NCBI RefSeq assembly: GCF_002105155.1
Contig: NW_019028981.1
Location: 1,488,001 to 1,552,000, forward strand
Direction: 5' to 3'
Length of the DNA: 64,000 nucleotides
Source of the DNA: Lobosporangium transversale
Taxonomy: Eukaryota
Position 1 is the first letter of the stretch. Each line of letters opens with the position of its first letter. The notes beneath the pieces are model-generated. The model searched no databases. It was not told the origin of the DNA and saw nothing but the letters and a program-made list of their open reading frames with translations. Shown here in pieces: positions 14,467-27,952 of the stretch. A program made the translations under genes and the position numbers.

Positions 14467-15550
14467 TCAACCAAGGCGATGGCCACGTCCCCATTGATGT
14501 CCTCCTCCAGATCCAGAGCCGCCAGCTGTGTTGACTCGGTACATATTAGCAGTCTCCCCATTGCTTGCAAATGTTGCTCCTGCAACTTCCTGACGTGGCA
14601 ACAGTTTATAGAGCAGAGTAGGTGTTGGAATCAAACGGGGTCCTCCCATCCCAGGGTATACATGATTCAAAAAGTAGTACAGATGAGCAGATGCAATGCC
14701 CACAATCATATCCCAGGGAACAACCGCTCTTGAAATAACGAATGAGTACGCGATCAGGACCCAAGGGAAATAGATCGCCTATGTAGTAATAACAATAGCA
14801 ATAATAAAAGACAACTATCAGTTAAATATTTCATCAAGAGGAAAGTAAAGAAGTATTTTCAGCATTTTATTAAATCCTACCTTGAACTGAAAGCCAAACA
14901 TAAAAGATACTATCCTTTCCGAGTTGGATTGGGCCCAGAGGTAGATCACTGCGAGCAACAGCGACTGTGATAACATGACAAGATTCAAGAAATGTCCACC
15001 GATCTGATAAAAAAAATAAAAAAGAGCAGAGTACTCTGGTTAACCATAGTTCTCACCACATAAAAACGTTCGCACTGGTCTTTTTTTTTTTTAACTTACA
15101 GTAGAAATAATTGACGTGAACAAGATAAACCATGCGAAATCTGCAGATCGACCCGCAAATGTTGTGGTCTCGAGTTGGATTCCATATGTATACAGGAAAT
15201 AAAGATCAAACAACATGTTGAAGTCCAATCCTTTGACAAAGAACGGTGTCAACAGTCTATGAAGCTATTCCAAAGCCAAAAGTAATAATAAAATAAAAAA
15301 ACATTAATTTGCCAAGTAGACAACAACAATAGCAACAACAACTAAATATAGTAATGATAATATCTAGGGAGAAAAAAAAAAAGACCTATACCTGAAATCT
15401 GTAGATGACATGTGGCCAACTAAGAAACAGGAGTTGATAAGATAGTATCCCGAATGCTGGAGCCAGCGAGAGAAGTATAGTGGCGGTGAGTATTGATCGA
15501 GTGACGATAGGAATACTCCTGTACGCAGCAAGAAGTTCGTTTTCAGCCAT
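14467..15550 (-). CDS. Derlin (Der1-family ERAD rhomboid pseudoprotease), multi-exon
   Basis: Exons translate to SIPIVTR, LHRLLTPFF, FAGRSADFAWF, YLWAQ, FMFGFQFKAIYFPWVL and GIASAHLYYFL; ends GHQWGRGHRLG (SHP-box-like). Confidence 0.9.
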
Positions 15551-15963
15551 GATAACGTTCTTTGGATGGTGTTGATACTACAGCTATTGTCGTAGGAGAT
15601 TTTTTTTGTTTACTGAGTGCTGCTTCCTTATTGCTTGGCTTTCCTTTCTCCAGCTTAAAAAGCGGTCAGAGTCTTCAGTGATAGAATAAAGAAGGGAGAA
15701 AAGAAGAAGAAAGAGGAAATGAAAAGATGCGTAACAATAAAATGCAATGGAGTAGAGGAAATGTTTCCTTAGAATGTCCTGGAAAAACAATAATGGACAA
15801 AAGTTGTTCTAATGCGACCACTCACCAAGAACGTGTCAAATTAGGAGAAAGCAGTCTCCAAGTCACGAGATATTGGGGTTTCTTTTTAAAAGCTTGGGAG
15901 GGGTTTGAGTTCATCTTACTCTCATTTCACAGAAACCTATTACCTTCACACACATTATTAATC

Positions 15964-16839
15964 ATGCGCATGGTATGAGCAAGTCCCAATAGGACCATTG
16001 GACCTACATTGGGCTGCATAAAAATAAAATAGAAATAAATTAAACAATAAGGCTGTTTATGTTCATTAACCAAACAATGGAGATAAGAAATAATCGCAAT
16101 GGATCGTCTTTAAAAGGAATATTCACTTTAATTTATTTTATTTTTATTTTATTTTTTTAAAAAAAAATAGCTTGAAAAAGATGAAGAGGAAGGAGATATT
16201 CAAGTCTCATGGCAGGATCAACAAAATATCAACACCTTTAGCAAATATAATGCCAAATTCCAGGATTTAGAGGAGACGTATGAAGCTAAGAAGGTATAAG
16301 AACATGTGGCTATCAACATCGTTCAAAAAAGCAATTGAGAGACTTTCAAGAATAGGCAATTGAAGGCGAAAAGAAAGAAAGAAAGAAAGGGAAAGCTGAG
16401 ATTGGAATTTTGTATATAATAATTAGACTGAGAAGGAGTATCTTGACGATCTTGCATCAGAACTTGAGTTGGCAGACGAGGACGAGCCTGTCAGGTATGC
16501 TTACATTATGAAATATATCAAGGCCTTTTTTTTTTTTTTTTTTAAAAAAAAAAATAAAATAAAATAAAAAAAATAACAATAATAATAATTTCTAACTTGA
16601 AATGCTTCTTTTTACTGAAAAAAAAAAAAAAAAAAAAAAAAAGATATCGCATTGGTGAAGCTTTTGTATCACTTTCACTTGAAGAAGCTCAGGAACGGAT
16701 TACAAAATCTCAGCAAGAACTTGAGTCTGAAATTGAAGAGCTGAAAAAGCAGATGGACGAGGCTGTAGAAAAGATGGACGGTCTTAAGAAGGTTCTTTAC
16801 GCTCGTTTCGGCAATGCAATCAATCTTGAGAAGGATTAA
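15964..16839 (+). CDS. PFDN4: Prefoldin subunit 4, 4 exons
   Basis: MRM/LEKDEEEGDIQVSWQDQQNINTFSK, EKEYLDDL, YRIGEAFV and LKKVLYARFGNAINLE, with GT-AG introns. Confidence 0.92.
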
Positions 16840-17696
16840 ATAAAAAAAAAAGTGTCAAACATGGCAATAATTGGTCGCGGCCTTCTTCTTAAGAGGAATA
16901 TGTGTATGTATTTCTCAATATTTTCAATTGTAGTAAAAATGAAAAGTATTGCAAAGACTGACTGTGGAGTGCAACACAATTAATGAACAGAGTGCTAGGA
17001 TATTCTCAGCACTGTTCATATGTTTACGGTCTAGAGATATTTTCCTTTACCGAGAATGCTTCTATCAGCATAACACTACCTCTGATCCGCTTGTTTCCAA
17101 AAATCATTTGGAGCAAATGATGAAGAGCACGTAAAGGAAGGAAAAGGACAACAAGCATCACTAATCCAGTAAGCTCTTTGATGACCTCTCAAAGGATTAA
17201 TGTAGTCCACTCCACCTATTCCTATTTATCTCTCCTCGGTAGAGGGCCTTTCCCTTCTCTACATCACTCAATTGATTGTATTTAAAGCCTAAAAAAAAAC
17301 TAGGAAAGCTGATCTACCGACAAGAAAAAAAATCAAATCAATGCTTCTCTTGTTCATATGGATCATAAGGAAGAAGGTAGCTTGTTAGGATAAAAAAACT
17401 TTTGTTTAATCTTCCTTTTCGATACTTATTATACATTAAAAACAAGAGTCTGTAGTGGGGAATGATAAGTTATCGAAGGGAAAATGTTCATGCAATTTAA
17501 AGCTTGATAATTAGAAATAGGCCTATAGATTGAAAAAGGCACTGTATCAACTTGATACATGATTTGCGTTGCACACAGAATAGATACATTGATCTGTCTT
17601 TGTGCGTGAATGCCTGCAAAGGCACCACAACAGTATAGACAACGAAGATGTGTAAATATTTACCCTCGGATAGTCGTTTTACATGGAGCACACCTG

Positions 17697-17730
<34 letters not shown>

Positions 17731-18752
17731 ACACATTTATGCCGTAAAGTAACATCATAAAAGGCAAGCAAAGCTAGACTGCAACTTTACCATGTTAGGA
17801 GGAAGGGGGACTGTTAAAAGATTTATCCATGCTTAGCCTATTTTACCTCAATTATTTCAAGGTCCCTGCCATGGAATTGATATCATTTGAAAAATTGCTC
17901 ATTTCGTTTCTCGTTTCTTTATCATTTTCTTGAGCCTCAAGCTTCACAATCAGTAGCAACACTAGCAGTAAACACCATCAATACTTTTTAGTGTTCGTTG
18001 AGATAGCGACAGCGGCCTTTTTCGCTCAGGCCTCTTGTGGGAAATATGTGGAAAATATGTGGGAAAATTGCTGCACAAATTGGTCAGAACGAAGGGCCTA
18101 GATTCTCAGCAAGGTAGTCCACCTTTGTCGTTTATTGTCGAGGATGAAGAGGATAAGCAAACCTTTGCCACGGAAAGAGTAAGTGGCGTGAATTAGTTCA
18201 AGGGAAGGTGTCAACATTTCTTTTCTTTTTTTTTTTCCCTTGTCGTCGAATCGAACAAGCTCATCTTAACGGACGTGTACAAACAAAGATCCAAAATCAC
18301 GGAGATCCAGGGTTTCTTCTACATTCATTATTCCTTTTGGCGCTCCTTCTTTGATAAAAATCCTCGTTTTGGTGTGGCCATTAGAAAAGGTTCGTTTTTA
18401 TAAAAAGAAAAAAAAAAAAATTACCCCGTGTGAATAAATTTATCGCGGAATCGTATGATGGACTCAGAAAAAGTAATACCTCAGCCGAACAAATGTTGGG
18501 ATGCTGCTGACCAACTTGAGGAACGTGATTTGTGATTGGTTACGAATGAAAGTGCTTTGGTGAAAGGTAAAGAAATGCGCATAATAAATCTAAAAGAAAA
18601 TTCTCAATGCATACTAAACTCAATTCATGCGAAAGAATAGGAGTCAGCCAAGGCAAAGTCCTTCAATAGTTTTCTTATTTACAAGATTTTGACTTTATTT
18701 TCATTTTCAACAAGGTTCTCTCGCGTTTAAAGCGGCCGATAGATTGTCTATC

Positions 18753-19399
18753 CTAATTCTTATTGCGGAGAGCATCGAAGGGCTTGAAGGCATCACCTAA
18801 ATCCTCTTTTCTCTCGAGCTCCTTGAAGCGCTCCTGATGATCATTCAAGTACTGGGATTTATGTTCAGTCTCTGCAGGGCTAGGAATGGGGCGAGCTTCT
18901 TCGTTAGCCGCAAGGACCGAGATGGTAAGGGTGATGGTGCCCTTCTGCTTGCCCTTCTCGGTGTAGAGATCGAACCTGCCGCTGAGTGACTTGTTAGTAG
19001 CACTGTTGACCTGGTTCAAGGGGATATCAGCAAAGCCGATAGGGGCATCAGTGCCATGCTCTTCATCCATGACCTCGACGTACAAGAAAGCATGTAGGCT
19101 TGGATCAAAGTCAGTAAGGACCACGGTCTCGTTCCACTCAGCGCTTCTTCCAGCGTTTGACTTGGTGGTAGTTTTCTTGTAGGCGGCATCGTTCTTCATG
19201 TCCAAACTGACGCGCGCATAAGGGTCATTTCTGCCAAAGTCCTATTGACGATTGTTGTTATTATTAAAAAAACAAGGCTCAATAAGTAAAATGATGGGTG
19301 TGAGTGAGATGTGAACTTTTTAAAAGATGAAGGATAGCTTACCTCAGTATCGCGCAAACTTTTGGCGGAGTGAATATCGACTTGGAGATTGTAGGCCAT
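18753..19399 (-). CDS. Small single C2-domain protein, 2 exons
   Basis: LQVDIHSAKSLRDTE/DFGRNDPYARV, WNET, LYVEVMDEE, PIGFADIPL and GTITLTI match C2-domain strands with acidic loop residues. Confidence 0.85.
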
Positions 19400-22149
19400 G
19401 GTTACTGATGGATGAAATGGATCAAATAATAACAATCGGTTTGGTGGGAAAGAGTGCTTTGGAGAATGTTGGTTTGTCGAGAGGCGAAGATGAGGAAATG
19501 AGGAAGAAGAGAAAAGAAGGGAGGGAGGTTGAGGGTTTTATAGGAAAAAAATCCTTTCTTTTGGAAACGCCATGTCCACTCTCAAATGTTTATAATTAAT
19601 TGCTTCCACCATTGATGGTTCGTGACAAACATGGCTTTGCAGAGAAGTCAATGGAAAAAAAAAAAAAAAAAAAAAAAAAATCTACGACACAACTGAGAGA
19701 CGACACAACCGATATTATGTCACTAGCCTTCTCCAATCATTCTTGTAAGGTTTGCACATGAATCTTCCACCCTCTTCTAAATTTACCTTTGTATCACTAT
19801 ACTCAAGGCGATTGAGATTCTTTGTTTCGATCATATTTGCATGTAACATGTACACAGCCCCGATTCCTTAACAGCCGAAACTAATATATTGAATAATCAG
19901 TCACGACAGTCCAGAACTCCAGAAAAAATCGAAGAATTCCCAGGAGAGCAATTGTCTTACAAAGAGTTGCTCCTATTGCTGAGCGACCTAGAGCCAAGAT
20001 ACATCGAGGAGTAAATAGGTCCAGCGGTTGCTCTGTAGCGATCATCATTATCAGAAACAATCTAAAGATACTCGCATGTGTAAATCAAATTGCCTGGTTT
20101 GCGAGATTTGGCTGGTGTGGCCAACAACGTATTCCCATTGGTTCGTGCCTCTGTTCACTCTATATGAATATTTCTGCCGTAGAAAAGAACATTTGAGCCC
20201 TTTCAGTCTGTCTATTATCCACTTTTCGTGTGCATGTTTGTGGGAAAATAAGCTGTTTTATTTTCATGCTGCTGAACACTGATATCTCAATAATATATTC
20301 TCAGAGAAGCAGAGTTATTCCCACAATCAGTAAACAAGCCACCGCACTTTCATGGACTAGAGTTGTTATCAGCGACTAGTAAAATCATTCTCGCGGCTAT
20401 GCGGCCATGAAGTTTGGCAGAGGTCTCTTGTAGGGGCCGCTCAGGACGAAGGCGAATGTATATATATTATTCACAAGCTCAAAGTAAAAATATGTTTCTG
20501 AATAGGATAAAGTACTTTGCTTCTCAATAACATTACAGAGACGTCACTATGCAGTATGGCCTCTTGCAGGCAGGTCCCTTGCAACCTTTTGACAATGCAA
20601 CTACGGCATCCAAGGCGTTTGCTGAGGCCACAAAGTAAGGCTGTTCTTTCTAGCTGGCTTTACAGATGCTTTATACAGTAGTCCTAGGATTCATGGAGTA
20701 CATGTCTTTTCCAACTTCTTATCTTTGATCCACAAATGTTCTTCTTTAGGACGAAGCCTCGTACGCCTATCGCCATTACCACCTGAGCTTGGCACAGTCA
20801 TCATTATCTTTCATTTTTTTTCTCTTATGGTCACATCACAACACATTACATCGTTAGTATCGCTAGTATCAGCTCATCAGTAGAGTGAGAGATGAGGTAC
20901 AAGCGGCACATGCTTCGAACTAATTGCTCTTATGAATCATTTACAACTTGTGCATCATCTTCAGCGCTTCTCCTGTTTTCAGGATATTGGCTGCTTCTCA
21001 CATCTCGAAGTATATTTCCTGCCAGCAAGCATCCTCGGGACACCCCTTACTAACCCATTCTTCGTCCATGGTCTCAATTCCAGAATCCCTTTCGCTCTCG
21101 GGTTCGTTGTAATTATTATCACTTACAGTACTGAAAGGCAACACACGGGAACCGGCGATTGGAGTTGACCAAAAAAAAAAAAAAAAAAAAAAAAAAACTA
21201 TTGGGCAACGTTGGAGGTAAGATACTATGTCTGAGAAGTGTTTATTCATTCCTCCTCAATAGGCGACACTTACTGGATAGTTGTCTTTGCCTCTATCATC
21301 TTACCTTCCTTCTCTGGTATGGATAGCATAACCGTGTAATGCCTCGGACAAGAAAGTATTGATGCTTTTCTATTCTCCTTGGCCAGCATCCACATGTATT
21401 AACTTAACACCATCTCTCAATGCTTATGATTACATCCTTCTCTCTCACTAAGTAATTACACTATTGATTTACTTTATGTAGTTGAATCCTTCTGATTCAT
21501 GCTTGTGAAGGTATATGGTGTATTGAATATTCGTCACAGGTTCAGGTTAAATAGTGTCAATCATTTATCTAGCCTAGGAGAAGAGCATCGAGCAGAGAGG
21601 TTCTCGAAAGAGCGAAATTTCCATTACCAAATAACTTTCATTGACGGCAAAGGGACTAGTACTAGAATCTCCATTAACAAACCAGGTAGATTACATATTC
21701 ACTGAACCTAAATCTACTTTAATTTATGAAAGTACAGTCACTGATATTGAAGTACCAGAGCACCATTAACAATGTCAGGCTGACTATAAAAAAAGTCTAT
21801 TTGACCTACGAAGCAGACTGAATTATCAAAATAATAGGACCATTATATCAGCGGCATACAAATACAAGGGAGGCATTTTCCTGTCTAAGACGGCTTTTTA
21901 CATTTACGCACGTGTAAATGAGACAACACAGTAGCACAAACATTTTGACCATGTAGGCACACCAAATGTCGATAAAAAGGATTAGCGGTGGTTTGTGCGC
22001 GCCAATGTAGCCGACAATGCATCGCTGAGGCAAGCAATGCAAGTTAGTCTTGGAGGATGGAAAGGGTTTATGAGCTACTAATGTTCGTTCCTTAACTGGA
22101 AGAAATAAACCAATTGCTGACTTTTTTTTTATATACAACTTTCTTTACA

Positions 22150-22813
22150 ATAACAGTGTATCTTATTTATGCACAATCTTAAATGGGCATAGGAAAAGGA
22201 AGTCGCCGTAGAATAAAGATGTTCTGGTGTTTATTTTGCTCATTGTTTAACAACTATTTCCACAGCAGCAGAGGCCCAAGGTACAGTCACCGTCCAAGCC
22301 GTAGATATGGCTACGTTGATACAAATAACAAGCGTCAAGGCAATCTCGATCATTTATACAAACTCCAGCTATGGTACTGCAGTCTCTACAAACATCAGCA
22401 TTAGCCGCTGCGATGAAGTGGAAGAAGGCCAAGGTAAAAGAGAAACTTTGGATTTTCATCATGATAAAGGGGATTGAAGGCCAGCAAGAGTGCTTGGACG
22501 CTCGGAGATTCTGTTAAGAGCCCTGTAAAAGGTGCTATCATAGGCTATTGTGAGAAAGATCTTGATATAATGATTGTATGAAAGCGCTCTTGTGAGGACT
22601 TTTGCGAGCGATATGTCAGGTCAAGAATCTTATCGAGTTGTAATGTAAGGCATGGTAAATGATCAAAAGTTTGATTATTTCATATTCACGAAACAAATCC
22701 CCTACCTTGGGCTGGGTCATTCCATTTTTGCAATCCTTGCATCCGCGTCACGCTATAATATGTTTAAAAATGAAGCCGGTATGAATAAGGAAAGAAGCAT
22801 TGACCTTTATCAG
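22150..22813. repeat. Diverged direct duplication (defensin-like gene plus about 350 bp upstream), partner about 30500-31143
   Basis: Shared blocks such as TCAGGTCAA, TATATTCA.GAA..AAATCC..ACCTT, GCTATAATA and TGACCTTT.TCAGG. Boundaries approximate. Confidence 0.8.
22247..22462 (-). CDS. Secreted 10-cysteine defensin-like peptide, copy 1
   Basis: Signal peptide ending ANA. Mature part C-x2-C-x6-C-x5-C-x3-C-x14-C-x4-CCC-x3-C. The paralog at 30596-30802 keeps all 10 Cys. Confidence 0.8.
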   Translation of the reverse strand: MMKIQSFSFTLAFFHFIAAANADVCRDCSTIAGVCINDRDCLDACYLYQRSHIYGLDGDCTLGLCCCGNSC

Positions 22814-23399
22814 GGACATGGTAAATACAAGATCTTGTGGAGTACATGTAGTAAATGGGACCTAAAAGAGACAATGGCAAGGAATTTAGCAAATAACCAG
22901 ATTTACTGTATCACAGCGAGGGAAGGCGGAATGGCAAGAGGACCTGACAAGCACAAAGCCTTGTGTAGTAGTAAGTGGCTTTTAAGAGGCCGATATCATA
23001 TTTGTTATTGCTATTATTATTATTATTATAGGAGAAAGTGCTTCATTAAGAATAAGCATTTTCTTTTTATTGCCGGGATGAACTCATATGCCTGAATAAC
23101 GGCTCCTTACAGCATTTGAGGGTGTATACATCCTAACGCCCTTTTTGTAAGCAGAGCAGGGATGTAGAGTTGTTGACACCTTTGAAGTCGGCACTCTTCC
23201 TGCAAAACCGCGAAGATCCATAGCCCCTCTATTCAGGCAGCTCATCAAGTGGGCAGGGGTTATCCTAAAGGAAGACCTGTTCTCAATCTTCTGATGTCAA
23301 GAACCTACTTAATCTTGTCAAGCAAAACAACGGCTATATTTTCCAAGGAATCGCTGTTAAAACTTAAATTTTTAACCAAAGCACAGCTAGACGCATACT

Positions 23400-23990
23400 G
23401 GAATAGGATTTTCGGTCGCGTCTTAATTATGCAACTAAGAGTTGGGCCAAGGCATATCAAAGCGCGATTGGCTCTTGCCCAAGGAAAAAAAGATAAAAAA
23501 GAGTTTGATAGACTGCGAAGAATTAGGCATGGGTCTCTCGAGAGTCCTTATTGGTGAACGGAGGGTAAAAAGCATCTGCCAGAAAACATTAAGCTTCGAG
23601 CTGGCCGACCCAATGTTATGGCTTGGGCTGCCATTACTAAATTTACTTACAGTTTCTCATATGGCTCTGTCAGTCCTCCGTCCTCTTGTACAACACAACC
23701 TCTAAAATCTATTAGATCGTGTCCAACCCCCATGTCGTTAATTATCCATGAAGTATCAACATGGGGTTTAAGTCTTTCACTACCTTCCAGAATATTCCAA
23801 GTATAAAGCTTGGAAGTAGATCCGCGCAGGCTTTGGTCTGTGGAATAGCTTGTATCATCTGGATCAGTTGGTGAGGCAACTGAGGATTGTAGATTTCCTG
23901 GCATGATTTAGGCAATGAATATTCTGGCGTTTTTACTGAAGTAAAAAAAAAAAAAAAAAAAAAAAAGATGAGAAGAAATTCATTCATTAA
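23400..23990 (-). pseudogene. Decayed exon fragments of an unidentified gene
   Basis: Protein-like stretch YTWNILEGSERLKPHVDTSWIINDMGVGHDLIDFRGCVV between a poly-T/AG acceptor and a GTAAGT donor. Frame broken; no family recognised. Confidence 0.3.
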
Positions 23991-24728
23991 TGTTAGCCAG
24001 GGACTCCACAGCTTGGTTCGGAGTAAGACTACTTACAGTCTCCCAGAGTAAGGCTCCGACCGAAAGAAACTCACAGTAATATGTCTTGGTCTGTAGCAAG
24101 TCGAAATTGGTTTAAAAATTCATAAGAATGGTATAGCTTAAGCATACTAAACTAAGATTGTTTTACTTACAAATTTGTAAAAGAAGAATCGATCTCTCAA
24201 TCATTGTTGCCTCAAGCGCTTAGTAGTTCTAATGGGGAAGCACCTCGCAGTCCTCGTTACTGCCATAGTGGGTTTAGACTTTTCAGGTAGCATTTGAGAT
24301 GACATATATTTCCGGTACCAATCGCATCACGATCAAATACACCGCGGATCTACGGTAGTATTCTAACCGGTAAGACTGATTCTAGGGGGCTGTGCGGTTG
24401 GTGCGGCTGGCATGGTAGCAACGTGCACTGGCCGAATATCTATGAATGCCATCTAGCAATTTGACCTGATACTATTGCTGTTAGAGATAAAGACTTGCGC
24501 CTGCAATCAATCGATTTTTTAAATTCTCGAATGACAACCATTTCTAGATTAGATACAAATTCGGCAACATCCCTCTAGCGAAAAAGGCTGGAAAGGTGTT
24601 TTAATTCTTTTGAGGCTGAATGAAAAATGATAAAGGTTGCTAAATACGCTAAAAGAGTGGAGACAAGTAAATGGCGGACATAGTGCATCATGATGATATA
24701 GCTTGATATATGGCTTTCGCTGTTTTTT

Positions 24729-24774
24729 TACTGATTGATTTCTACTGATTGATTTCTACTAATTGATTTCTACT
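24729..24774. repeat. 14-bp tandem repeat (TACTGATTGATTTC) x3.3
   Basis: Read directly; lies 8 bp outside the 3' end of element A copy 1. Confidence 0.9.
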
Positions 24775-24971
24775 TCCCTGGCATATAGTCCGTCCCATTA
24801 AAAAACGAGACATTCCATCTATTGTAAAAAGAAGAAATGTATTAGAACACAGAAATAAATAAATAAATAAATAAATTAACCAAGAAAAAAAAGTATTATC
24901 AAGCCAATACTTACAATTTTTTTAAGACGGAGGCCTTTCTGGACCTAGTCATGTTTGTAGTAGATTGTGTC
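24760..24971 (-). ncRNA. Candidate Fanzor omega-RNA region (scaffold plus flank-derived guide), copy 1
   Basis: Lies between the stop codon and the element end, and is conserved in a third copy at 29132-29269. Predicted intron 24914-24819. RNA function is inferred only. Confidence 0.45.
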
Positions 24972-27952
24972 CTACTGTTGTTGCCGGCTTGTCTCTCCCC
25001 CTCCTCCTGGACCCAGCAAAGGTCCTTTCGGTGGTCTTGATCCCTCTACTCCTCCTCCTCCTTCATCTGAAAATTTCCTTTTTGTGGGTCTGCTACTACC
25101 ACCACCACTGCCACCACTGCCACCACTACCTCCACCGTCGCCACTACCGCTAGAAGCTTGGCCTTCAGTTCCTCCGTCCGGCGGCATATATTTTGCAGGT
25201 CGTTTTTGCTCTCTTATCTGCGACTCACAGACCCTTGCGATGTTCTCAGCACCAACAGCATCTCGATCAAAGTATGCTTTACAATTTCGACAGTACTTGG
25301 ATCGAAAAGGAACATTCTCCAATATACTGTCGCAGTGAGGCCGTGGACACTTGGCAGATGTGTAGTATTCATGACAACCTGCAATGGGGTAGTCTAGAGA
25401 TTTTGCCTGTTCGAGCCAGATTTAATACTCGTTAAAAAAAAGACTCAAAAATTAAATGTCATTGATCAAAGGATTTTTTTTTACCTTTTCAACAAGCTTC
25501 TTCATCAATATCCCATGCTTCGATACTTGTCCTCGGTTTGTCTTGAATGATCCTAGTCCAATACAGATCATTGCATTCGTATTGGCATCTCTTCTTCTTC
25601 CATTGCTTCCGCCCGCAAGCTTCAGAATTGCCTTGATCACATAATCAACGCATCCGTTCTGTGCTTTTCTATTATCCCAGCTATTCCGAACAAACCATCC
25701 ATCATTATAGAAATCGACAAGCGCCCTATATATAGTCTTCCTATTGTCGCCACTGGTCCCAGATCCATTGCTACTACTCACCTCAACTCCACTGTTACTA
25801 CCGGTCCCTGTTCCACTGCTACTACTGGCCCCAGCTCCACTGCTACTACAGGTCCCAGCTCCACTACCAGAGAAACTACCTCCAGTACTTGATGGAGCTT
25901 GATTTGGCAGCAAGCTCATATAAGCGAAATACTGTGTTAAAGTAGGCCTTGAGAATGACGGAATATTGCTTTCAATCTCTGTAATTCCTTTTCTAAGCTT
26001 TCGCCTCTCTAGCTCGCCCTGAAACTTCTTGGATGGTTTGTAAAGGCACGCTCTAGAAATCCGGAGGATCTCACGTTCGTTAGGTTTCCTTGGATCCAAC
26101 TTTGCAATTTTCATCGAGTACCTCTCGCCTGGATCGGTCCCAATGATAATGGTACTTTCGGGGGGAGGGCATGCTGCCTGGGTGTCATATTTAACTTCTA
26201 CATTCTCGAGGAGACGGGATCTCTGCTTCCAGTTGATCTCACGCCGGGGACTGGGACTCACCGGGAACAGTGGATTTGTGCTCGATGTACCTTCTTCAGC
26301 TGCTTTTTCTCCCTCGTCGCCATCTAAGAATGGTTCATCAACTTCCAGCAAGTCAATATCGCTGATACCTAGCAAGATATCGTCATCTTCATTTCCGTCG
26401 TCGTCTCCATCATCACCACCATCACCTGCACCATGGCCTGAAGACGAGGATCCCTGCTGAGCACTTGAAGAAGCCTGGACTGCTTAAGATCTTTGAGTAT
26501 CCGAAGGTTGGGCAGCTTGCGAACCTCTACCTCTTTTTTGCTTCGATGTGTCATAGGCAAGAAGTGTTAGGGTAAGGCCGTTTGTAAAGAACGATGTCCG
26601 TAGTTTCCTTCTAGGACCATCATCAGATTGCAGTCCAACGTCCTTGCATCCTTTCAAGGAAAACAGCTCCTGCAACAATATCCCCTTGTGGTTAAGGATC
26701 TTGTCCTCTGCAGCCCCCTTGGTACTCATGTTTAGTCCCAACAATTGGACTATTTCCTCTCGAACTGTTGGGTTAGACCATAATACTCATGAAGACTTTC
26801 GCATGGCTCCATTGTCCGCTTGGGGGGCCTCATTGTATCGTTTATTGATTGATTGATGTGATATAGTGATGATAATATTCGTCATATGATTGAGGCAATC
26901 TGAGTTGATTCGTTCTACAGCCTGACTAACTTGATCTTTTCTGTACAGCTCGACGAGACTTGATTTGTCGCATCATTTGCTTACTCGTCTTCTTGCGTTC
27001 CCTTGATGTATTTGGGTTGATAAACACTGCTAATAGAGTTTGTTGGGCCTGTTGAACCCAGAGGGAACCACAGCAACATATCATACCCAAGGTGATACAA
27101 ATATCTCTGTTGGAGTGAGTGGTGAACTGTGTGTGGTTCAGATGTAGTGGACATAAACGGCGAAAGAATGCATCGAATGGATGTGAGCGGTTATGAGAGC
27201 AAGGAAGAAGGGGTTGGTATGCCTGTTCAAGTCCTTGGCAAGAGAGCGTGAGTAGCAGTTGTGATCAATGGTATAGTTTCTAGACCCTATCTTCCACGTA
27301 CAGCATTGCATTATTGTTGTTTTCAGACCTGGCATCAATCATGCAAGGTATTTCTTTTTCTGAGGGTTCCTTGTGTCAAACGGCCAGACAGAAAGCTTAG
27401 AAGAGATACAGACACAACGGTGAAAAAAATGTATGCGAGCAAACAGTTGCTGTGTTTATTTGTTGTCTGCACATGCCTTCTTTCATCGCGGGCTTTGTTC
27501 CGAAAATATTTGGCAAATCTTTTTCCTTTTTTGTTCGTCAACCACTGTGTGCACGAATAACTTTTGTTTCTGTACATGCATAAAGCAGAAGAAATGAACA
27601 AACTTTATTTTGGCGATCACTCCATAATCAAAAATACTCCTAGGAGAGGATCAAACGCGTCGGTATTAATCTCGCTTCTGCTCTCCCTCCTTCCACAAGG
27701 CGCTGCACAATATCACCATTAACAGGGCGTCGTCTAGTAAGGAAAGGTACTTAGATAGTTCTTACTACAAGCAATAAGCGCATGCAACTACATCACCCCT
27801 ATCTCCACCATTGATGCCGGAACCCGAGAGCTAACGAATATCTCTGCTTTAACGCAAAAGTGCTGGAGCTGTTGGAGCAAAGAGCATCATATGAAGCCAT
27901 TCTCTGATAAGAAAGACTTTTTTTTTCTTTTGTTGTTACCTTTGACAAGGAT
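24783..27952 (-). mobile_element. Fanzor-carrying element A, copy 1 (3170 bp; inverted copy of 35489-38658)
   Basis: Every ORF is mirrored with identical translation (coordinates sum to 63441). Identity stops sharply at ATCCTTGTC (5') and GGACTATAT (3'). Confidence 0.85.
24972..26780 (-). pseudogene. 5'-truncated Fanzor/TnpB-like RuvC nuclease, family A, copy 1
   Basis: IIIGTDPG (RuvC-I), ICIGLG, CHEYYTS (RuvC-II Glu), CPRPHC/CRNC Zn finger and FDRDAVGAENI (RuvC-III). Intron 25484-25407; in-frame TAA at 26486-26484. Confidence 0.88.

Noticed and set aside
19600..22100. Short ORFs and possible relics left of the island
   Set aside because: No recognisable motifs, consistent exon structure or internal homology.
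24729..24774. Short repeats near a Cas12-like RuvC gene as a CRISPR array
   Set aside because: Units are contiguous 14-mers with no spacers, and the context is eukaryotic.
24965..25435. Antisense Pro/His-rich ORFs over the Fanzor tail, and the many poly-F/poly-K ORFs elsewhere
   Set aside because: Shadows of Gly/Ser-rich codons or of homopolymer runs.
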